Positions 54,421 through 64,000 of a stretch of 64,000 nt of DNA are shown in pieces (the first letter of the stretch is position 1; each line of letters starts with the position of its first letter). The notes under the pieces are model-generated. The model was given only the letters and a program-made list of their open reading frames with translations, had not been told where the DNA came from and did no database searches. This stretch comes from Centroscyllium fabricii (Eukaryota). Both the position numbers and the translations under genes were made by a program. Location of the stretch: positions 5,642,001-5,706,000 of the forward strand of contig JBNRSN020000031.1 of the NCBI GenBank assembly GCA_051313645.2. Reading direction: 5' to 3'.

Positions 54421-57400
54421 CATTGGCCCACAGGCATCTGTATGGACCACCTATTATATTCACGTAATCACATGCTGAGTTTTGATTGGCCCGCAGGCAT
54501 CTGTAAGGACTACCTATTATATTCACGTAATCACATGCTGAGTTATCATTGGCCCGCAGGCATCTGTAAGGACTACCTATTATATTCACGTAATCACATG
54601 CTGAGTTATCATTGGCCACAGGCATCTGTAAAGACTACCTATTATATTCACGTAATCACATGCTGAGTTATCATTGGCCCACAGGCATCTGTAAGGACTA
54701 CCTATTATATTCACGTAATCACATGCTGAATTATCATTGACCCACAGGCATCTGTAAGGACTACCTATTATATTTACGTAATAACATGCTGAGATATCAT
54801 TGGCCCACAGGCATCTGTAAGGACTACCTATTATATTCACGTAATCACATGCTGAATTATCATTGGCCCACAGGCATCTCTAAGGACTACCTATTATATT
54901 TACGTAATCACATGCTGAGTTATCATTGGCCTACAGGCATCTGGAAGGACTACCTTTTATATTCACGTAATCACATGCTGAGTTATCATTGGCCCACAGG
55001 CATCTGGAAGAACTACCTATTATATTCACGTAATCACATGCTGAATTATCATTGGACCAAAGGCATCTGTAAGGACTACCTATTATATTCACGTAATCAC
55101 ATGTTGAGTTATCATTGGCCCACAGGAATCTGTTAGGACTACCTATTAAATTTACGTAATCACAAGCTGAATTATCATTGCCCACAGGCATCTGTAAGGA
55201 CTACCTATTATATCCACGTAATCACATGCTGAGTTATCATTGGCCCACTGGCATCTGTAAGGACTACTATTGTATTCACTTAACCACATGCTGAGTTATC
55301 ATTGGCCGCAGGCATCTGTAAGGACCACCTATTATATTCACGTAATCACATGCTGAGTTATCATTGGCCCACAGGCATCTGTATGGACCACCTATTATAT
55401 TCACGTAATCACATGCTGAGTTTTCATTGGCCCACAGGCATCTGTAAGGACTACCTATTATATTCACGTAATCACATGCTGAGTTATCATTGGCCCACAG
55501 GCATCTGGAAGGACTACCTATTATATTCACGTAATCACATGCTGAATTATCATTGGACCAAAGGCATCTGTAAGGACTACTATTGTATTCACGTAATCAC
55601 ATGCTGAGATATCATTGGCCCACAGGCATCTGTAAGGACTACTATTGTATTCACTTAACCACATGCTGAGTTATCATTGGCCCGCAGGCATCTGTAAGGA
55701 CTACCTATTATATTCACGTAATCACATGCTGAGTTATCATTGGCCGACAGGCATCTGTATGGACCACCTATTATATTCACGTAATCACATGCTGAGTTTT
55801 CATTGGCCCACAGGCATCTGTAAGGACTACCTTTTATATTCACATAATCACATGCTGAATTATCATTGACCCACAGGCATCTGTAAGGACTACCTATTAT
55901 ATTTACGTAATAACATGCTGAATTATCATTGGCCCACAGGCATCTGTAAGGACTACTATTGTATTCACGTAATCACATGCTGAGATATCATTGGCCTACA
56001 GGCATCTGTAAGGACTACCTATTATATTCACGTAATCACATGCTGAGTTATCATTGCCCCACAGGCTTCTGGAAGGACTACCTATTATATTCACGTAATC
56101 ACATGCTGAGTTATCATTGGCCCACAGGCATCTGGAAGGTCTACCTATTATATTCACGTAATCACGTGCTGAGTTATCATTGGCCAACAGGCATCTGTAA
56201 GGACAACCTGATATATATTCACGTAATCACATGCTGAGTTATCATTGGCCAACTGGCATTTGTAAGGACTAACTATTATATTCACGTAATCACATGCTGA
56301 GATATCATTGGCCAACAGGCATCTGTAAGGACTACCTATTATATACACGTAATCACATGCTGAGTTATCATTGGCCCACAGGCATCTGGAAGGACTACCT
56401 ATTATATTCACGTAATCACATGCTGAATTATCATTGGCCCACAGTCATCTGTAAGGACTACCTATTATATTCACGTAATCACATGCTGAGTTATAATTGG
56501 CCCACAGTCATCTGTAAGGACTACCTATTATATTCACGTAATCACATGCTGAGATATCATTGGCCCACATGCATCTGTAAGGGCTACCTATTATATTCAC
56601 GTAATCACATGCTCAGTTATCATTGGCCCACAGGCATCTGGAAGGACTACCTATTATATTCAGGTAATCACATGCTGAATTATCATTGGACCAAAGGCAT
56701 CTGTAAGGACTACTATTGTCTTCACGTAATCACATGCTGAGTTATCATTGGCCCACAGGCATCTCTAAGGACTACCTATTATATTTACATAATCACATGC
56801 TGAGTTATCATTGGCCTACAGGCATCTGGAAGGTCTACCTATTATATTCACGTAATCACATGCTGAGTTATCATTGGCCCACAGGCATCTGGAAGGACTA
56901 CCTATTATATTCACGTAATCACTAGCTGAATTATCATTGGACCAAAGGCATCTGTAAGGACTACCTATTATATTCACGTAATCACATGTTGAGTTATCAT
57001 TGGCCCACAGGAATCTGTAAGGACTACCTATTATATTCACGTAATCACAAGCTGAATTATCATTGCCCACAGGCATCTGTAAGGACTACCTATTATATTC
57101 ACGTAATCACATGCTGAGTTATCATTGGCCCACTGGCATCTGTAAGGACTACTATTGTATTCACTTAAACACATGCTGAGTTATCATTGGCCGCAGGCGT
57201 CTGTAAGGACTACCTATTATATTCACGTAATCACATGCTGAGTTATCATTGGCCCACGGGCATCTGTATGGACCACCTATTATATTCATGTAATCACATG
57301 CTGAGTTATCATTGGCCCACAGGCATCTGTAAGGACTACCTATTATATTCACGTAATCACATGCTGAGTTATCATTGGCCCACAGGCATCTGTAAGGACT

Positions 57401-57639
57401 ACCTATTATATTCACGTAATCACATGCTGAATTATCATTGGCCCACAGTCATCTGTAAGGAATACCTATTATATTCACGTAATCACATGCTGAGTTATCA
57501 TTGGCCCACAGGCATCTGTAAGGACTACCTATTATATTCACGTAATCCAAGCTGAGATATCATTGGCCCACAGGCATCTGTAAGGACTACCGATTATATT
57601 CACGTAATCACATGCTAAGTTATCATTGGCCCACAGGCA

Positions 57640-59700
57640 TCTGTAAGGACTACCTATTATATTCACGTAATCACATGCTGAGTTATCAATGGCCCACAGG
57701 CATCTGTAAGGACTACCTGTTATATTCACGTAATCACATGCTGAGTTATCATTGGCCCACAGGCATTTGTAAGGACTACCTATTATATTCACGTAATCAC
57801 ATGCTGAGATATCATTGGCCAACAGGCATCTGTAAGGACTACCTATTATATTCACGTAATCACATGCTGAATTATCATTGGCCCACAGGCATCAGTAAGG
57901 ACTACCTATTATATTCACGTAATTACATGCTGAGTTATCATTGGCCCACAGGCATCTGTAAGGACGACATATTATATTCACGTAATCACATGCTGAGATA
58001 TCATTGGCCCACAGGCATCTGTAAGGACTACCTATTATATTCACGTAATTACATGCTGAGTTATCATTGGCCCACAGGCATCAGTAAGGACTACCTATTA
58101 TATTCACGTAATTACATGCTGAATTATCATTGGCCCACAGGCATCTGTAAGGACGACATATTATATTCACGTAATCACATGCTGAGATATCATTGGCCCA
58201 CAGGCATCAGTAAGGACTACCTATTATATAAACGTAATCACATGCTAAGTTATCATTGGCCCACAGGCATCTGTAAGGACTACCTATTATATTCACATAA
58301 TCACATGCTGAGTTATCATTGGCCCGCAGGCATCTGTAAGGACTACCTATTATATTCACATAATCACATGCTGAGTTATCATTGGCCCACAGGCATCTGT
58401 AAGGACTACTATTATATTCACGTAATCATATGCTGAGTTATCATTGGCCCACAGGCATCTGTAAGGACTACATAATATATTCACGTAATCAGATGCTGAG
58501 TTACCATTGGCCCACAGGCATCTGTAAGGTCTACCTATTATAATCACGTAATCACATGCTGAGTTATCATTGGCCCACAGGCATCTGTAAGGACTACCTA
58601 TTATATTCACGTAATCACATGCTGAATTATCATTGGACCACAGGCATTTGTAAGGACTACCTATTATATTCACGTAATCACATGCTGAGTTATTATTGGC
58701 CCACAGGCATCTGTAAGGACTACCTATTATTTTCACGTAATCACATGATGAGTTATCATATGCCCACAAGCATCTGTAAGGGCTTCCTATTATATTCCCG
58801 TAATAATATGCTGAGTTATCATTGCCCACAGACATCTGCAAGGACTACCTATTATATTCACGTAATCAAATGCTTAGTTATCATTGGCCCACAGGCATCT
58901 GTAAGTACTACCTATTATATTCAGGTAATCACATGCTGAATTATGATTGGCCCACAGGCATCTGTAAGGACTACCTATTATATTCACGTAATCACATGCT
59001 GAGTTATCATTGGCCCACAGGCATCTGTAAGGACTACCTGTTATATTCACGTAATCACATGCTGAGTACCATTCGCCAACAGGCATTTGTAAGGACTACC
59101 TATTATATTCACGTATTCACATGCTGAGTTATCATTGGCCCACATGCATCTGTAAGGACTACCTATTAAATTCACGTAATCACATGCTGAGTTAACATTA
59201 TCCAACAGGCATCTGTAAGGACTACCTATTATATTCACGTAATCATATGCTGAGTTATCATCGGCCAACAGACATCTGTAAGGACAACCTGTTGTATTCA
59301 AGTAATCACATGCTGAGTTATCATTGGCCCACAGGCATCTGTAAGGACTACCTATTATATTCACATAATCACATGCTGAGTTATCATTGGCCCACAGGCA
59401 TCTGTATGGACCACCTATTTTATTCACGTAATCACATGCTGAGTTATCATTGGCTCACAGGTATCTGTAAGGACTACCTATTGTATTCAAGTAATCACAT
59501 GCTGAGTTATCATTGGCACACAGGCATCTGGAAGGACTACCTATTATATTCACGTAATCACATGCTGAATTATCATTGGACCAAAGGCATCTGTAAGGAC
59601 AGCCTATTATATTCAGGTAATCACATGTTGAGTTATCATTGGCCCACAGGCATCTGTAAGGACTACTTATTATATTCACATAATCACATGCTGAGTTATC
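57640..59700. repeat. Further copy of the ~52600-54420 block (offset 5216 over its 3' part)
   Basis: ORF pairs 53140/58356 and 53606/58822 differ by 5216. The GAGTACCATTCG deletion marker occurs at ~49009, ~53848 and ~59064. Confidence 0.85.
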
Positions 59701-60439
59701 ATTGGCCCACAGGCATCTGGAAGGACTACCTATTATATTCACGTAATCACATGCTGAGTTATCATTGGCCCACAGGCATCTGTAAGGACTACCTATTATA
59801 TTCAGGTAATCACATGCTGAATTATCATTGGCCCACAGGCATCTGTAAGGACTACCTATTATATTCACGTAATCACATGCTGAGTTATCATTGGCCCGCA
59901 GGCATCTGTAAGGACTACCTATTATATTCACGTAATCACATGCTGAGTTATCATTGGCAACAGGCATCTGTAAAGACTACCTATTATATTCACGTAATCA
60001 CATGCTGAGTTATCATTGGCCCACAGGCATCTGTAAGGACTACCTTTTATATTCACATAATCACATGCTGAATTATCATTGACGCACAGGCATCTGTAAG
60101 GACAACCTGTTATATTCACGTAATCACATGCTGAGTTACCATTGGCCCACAGGCATCTGTAAGGACTCCCTATTATATTCACGTAATCACATGCTGAGAT
60201 ATCATTGGCCCACAGGCATCTGTAAGGACTACCTATTATATTCACGTAATCACATGCTGAGTTATCATTGGCCCACAGGCATCTGTAAGGACTACCTATT
60301 ATATTCACGTAATCACATGCTGAATTATCATTGGCCCACAGTCATCTGTAAGGGCTACCTATTATATTCACGTAATCACATGCTGAGTTATCATTGACCC
60401 ACAGGCATCTGTAAGGACTACCTATTATATTCACGTAAT

Positions 60440-62460
60440 CACATGCTGAGTTATCATTGGCCCACAGGCATCTGTAAGGACTACCTATTATATTCAGGTA
60501 ATCACATGCTGAATTATCATTGGCCCACAATCATCTGTAAGGACTACTTATTATATTCACGTAATCACATGCTGAATTATCATTGGCCCACAGGCATCTG
60601 TAAGGACAACCTGTTATATTCATATAATCACATGCTGAGTTATCATTGGCCCACAGGCATCTGTAAGGACTACCTATTATATCACGTAATCACATGCTGA
60701 GATATCATTGGCCCACAGGCATCTGTAAGGACTACCTATTATATTCACGTAATCACATGCTGAGTTATCATTGGCCCACAGGCATCTGTAAGGACTACCT
60801 ATTATATTCACGTAATCACATGCTGAATTATCATTGGCCCACAGTCATCTGTAAGGACTACCTATTATATTCACGTAATCACATGCTGAGTTATCATTGG
60901 CCCACAGTCATCTGTAAGGACTACCTGTTATATTCACGTAATCACATGCTGAGATATCATTGGCACACAGGCATCTGTAAGGGCTACCTATTATATTCAC
61001 GTAATCACATGCTAAGTTATCATTGGCCCACAGGCATCTGTAAGGACTACCTATTATATTCACGTAATCACATGCTGAATTATCATTGGCCCACAGGCAT
61101 CTGTAAGGACTACCTATTATATTCACGTAATCACATGCTGATTTATCATTGGCCCACAGGCATCTGTAAGGATTACCTATTATATTCACGTAATCACATG
61201 CTCAGTTATCATTGGCACACAGGCATCTGGAAGGACTACCTATTATATTCAGGTAATCAGATGCTGAATTATCATTGGACCAAATGCATCTCTAAGGATT
61301 ACTATTGTATTCACGTAATCACATGCTGAGTTATCATTGGCCCACAGGCATCTGTAAGGACTACCTATTATATTTACATAATCACATGCTGAGTTATCAT
61401 TGGCCTACAGGCATCTGGAAGGTCTACCTATTATATTCACGTTATCACATGCTGAGTTATCATTGGCCCACAGGCATCTGGAAGGACTACCTATTATATT
61501 CACGTAATCACATGCTGAATTATCATTGGACCAAAGGCATCTGTAAGGACTACCTATTATATTCAAGTAATCACATGTTGAGTATTCATTGGCCCACAGG
61601 AATCTGTAAGGACTACCTATTATATTCACGTAATCACAAGCTGAATTATCATTGCCCACAGGCATCTCTAAGGACTACCTATTATATTCACGTAATCACA
61701 TGCTGAGTTATCATTGGCCCACTGGCATCTGTAAGGACTACTATTGTATTCACTTAAACACATGCTGAGTTATCATTGGCCGCAGGCGTCTGTAAGGACT
61801 ACCTATTATATTCACGTAATCACATGCTGAGATGTCATTGGCCCACAGGCATCTGTATGGACCACCTGTTATATTCATGTAATCACATGCTGAGTTATCA
61901 TTGGCCCACAGGCATCTGTAAGGACTACCTATTATATTCACGTAATCACATGCTGAGTTATCATTGGCCCACAGGCATCTGGAAGGACTACCTATTATAT
62001 TCACGTAATCACATGCTGAATTATCAATGGACCAAAGGCATCTGTAAGGAATACCTATTATATTCAAGTAATCACTTGTTGAGATATCATTGGCCCACAG
62101 GCATCTGGAAGGACTTCCTATTATATTCACGTAATCACATGCTGAATTATCATTGGACCAAAGGCATCTGTAAGGTCTACCTATTATATTCACGTAATCA
62201 CATGCTGAGTTATCATTGGCCCACTGGCATCTGTAAGGACTACTATTGTATTCACTTAACCACATGCTGAGTTATCATTCGCCGCAGGCATCTGTAAGGA
62301 CTACCCATTATATTCACGTAATCACATGCTGAGTTATCATTGGCCCACAGTCATCTGTAAGGACTACTATTGTATTCACGTAATCAAATGCTGAGTTATC
62401 ATTGGCCCACAGGCATCTGTAAGGACGTCCTATTATATTCACGTAATCACATGCTGAGTT
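60440..62460. repeat. Long-range copy of ~45230-47130 (offset 15208, rising by two monomers after ~61900)
   Basis: ACAATCATC occurs at ~45318 and ~60527. ORF coordinates 45981/61189, 46197/61405 and 46568/61776 all differ by 15208. Confidence 0.83.
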
Positions 62461-64000
62461 ATCATTGGCCCACAGGCATCTGTAAGGACTACCTATTATA
62501 TTCACGTAATCACATGCTGAATTATCATTGGCCCACAGTCATCTGTAAGGACTACCTATTATATTCACGTAATCACATGCTGAGTTATCATTGGCCCACA
62601 GGCATCTGTAAGGACTACCTATTATATTCACGTAATCCAAGCTGAGATATCATTGGCCCACAGGCATCTGTAAGGACTACCGATTATATTCACGTAATCA
62701 CATGCTAAGTTATCATTGGCCCACAGGCATCTGTAAGGACTACCTATTATATTCACGTAATCACATGCTGAGTTATCAATGGCCCACAGGCATCTGTAAC
62801 GACTACCTGTTATATTCACGTAATCACATGCTGAGTTATCATTGGCCCACAGGCATTTGTAAGGACTACCTATTATATTCACGGAATCACATGCTGAGAT
62901 ATCATTGGCCAACAGGCATCTGTAAGGACTACCTATTATATTCACGTAATCACATGCTGAATTATCATTGGCCCACAGGCATCAGTAAGGACTACCTATT
63001 ATATTCACGTAATTACTTGCTGAGTTATCATTGGCCCACAGGCATCTGTAAGGACGACATATTATATTCACGTAATCACATGCTGAGATATCATTGGCCC
63101 ACAGGCATCTGTAAGGACTACCTATTATATTCACGTAATCACATGCTGAGTTATCATTGGCCCACAGGCATCTGGAAGGACTATCTATTATATTCACGTA
63201 ATCACATGCTGAATTATCATTGGACCAAAGGCATCTGTAAGGACGACTATTGTATTCACGTAATCACATGCTGAGATATCATTGGCCCACAGGCATCTGT
63301 AAGGACTACCTATTATAATTACGTAATCACATGCTGAGTTATCATTGGCCCACAGGCTTTGTTAAGGACTACCTATTATATTCACGTAATCACATGCTGA
63401 ATTATCATTGGACCAAAGGCATCTGTAAGGAATACCTATTATATTCAAGTAATCACTTGTTGAGTTATCATTGGCCCACCTGCATCTGGAAGGACTTCCT
63501 ATTATATTCACGTAATCACATGCTGAATTATCATTGGACCAAAGGCATCTGTAAGGTCTACCTATTATATTCACGTAATCACATGCTGAGTTATCATTGG
63601 CCCACTGGCATCTGTAAGGACTACTATTGTATTCACTTAACCACATGCTGAGTTTCATTGGCCGCAGGCATCTGTAAGGACTACCCATTATATTCACGTA
63701 ATCACATGCTGAGATATCATTGGCCCACAGTCATCTGTAAGGACTACTATTGTATTCAAGTAATCAAATGCTGAGTTATCATTGGCCCACAGGCATCTGT
63801 AAGGACGTCCTATTATATTCACGTAATCACATGCTGAGTTATCATTGGCCCACAGGCATCTGTAAGGACTACCTATTATATTCACGTAATCACGTGCTGA
63901 ATTATCATTGGCCCACAGTCATCTGTAAGGACTACCTATTATATTCACGTAATCACATGCTGAGTTATCATTGGCCCACAGGCATCTGTAAGGACTACCT

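Larger units (their letters stand above)
1..64000. repeat. 63-bp satellite DNA tandem array (about 1,000-1,020 monomers, single orientation, extends beyond both window edges)
   Basis: The consensus ATGCTGAGTTATCATTGGCCCACAGGCATCTGTAAGGACTACCTATTATATTCACGTAATCAC recurs every 62-63 bp from base 1 to 64000. Most monomers differ from it by only a few substitutions and at most about one 1-bp indel. No non-repeat sequence is seen. Most monomers carry one GGCC (HaeIII) site. Confidence 0.99.

Noticed and set aside
28-63651. Plus-strand ORFs encoding (MLSYHWPTGICKDYLLYSRNH)n as protein-coding genes
   Set aside because: 63 is divisible by 3 and the consensus lacks a stop in this frame. Two open frames out of six is unremarkable for a 21-codon unit. 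The ORFs start and end at 1-bp indels or point stops, the variants show no synonymous bias, and there are no unique termini.
1146-63885. Minus-strand ORFs encoding (CDYVNIIGSPYRCLWANDNSA)n as genes, or a bidirectional overlapping gene system
   Set aside because: Same artefact. The listed 'M' starts are mostly GTG within the repeat, and the frames are broken every few monomers by 62-bp units. The EGF-like resemblance is kept only as an origin hypothesis.
1-64000. CRISPR array (period ~63 bp is similar to repeat plus spacer)
   Set aside because: There are no unique spacers; the entire period is conserved. No cas genes or leader are present.
1-64000. Diversity-generating cassette library, programmed-frameshift system or information-storing code in the variant pattern
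   Set aside because: The variants are inherited in blocks explained by duplication, are spread over all positions, and show no adenine-specific or hypervariable window. No recombinase, reverse transcriptase or expression locus is present in the window.
1-64000. Whole array as a sequencing or rolling-circle amplification artefact
   Set aside because: The hierarchical, position-dependent shared variants and different divergence levels between blocks are not expected from concatemer artefacts. The exact copy number of the near-identical blocks still needs read validation.

Overview
The whole 64 kb is one uninterrupted head-to-tail tandem array of roughly 1,000-1,020 copies of a 63-bp monomer (consensus ATGCTGAGTTATCATTGGCCCACAGGCATCTGTAAGGACTACCTATTATATTCACGTAATCAC, 26/63 GC; exact copy at 1283-1345). 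It is interspersed with 62-bp single-base-deletion variants. Both window edges fall inside the array. I see no unique sequence, gene, RNA gene, transposon, CRISPR spacer or inversion. All ~200 listed ORFs are explained by the monomer being 21 codons long and stop-free in one frame per strand, so I do not call them genes. This is most simply eukaryotic satellite DNA; I cannot name the family or organism from sequence alone. The real structure is in the variant pattern: nested higher-order repeats and block duplications (offsets 436, 1192, 1195, 1630, 2942, 3572, 4839, 5216, 5269, 5637, 6827, 10412, 14789, 15208 bp), a young homogeneous left domain, a more diverged right domain with its own diagnostic variants, and CpG-biased decay. 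More speculative points are a dense set of transcription-factor motifs in the monomer, a length of six helical turns, and a calcium-binding-EGF-like minus-strand translation. Block boundaries were read by eye and are approximate to about 1-2 monomers. I found no evidence for a new protein-based system.
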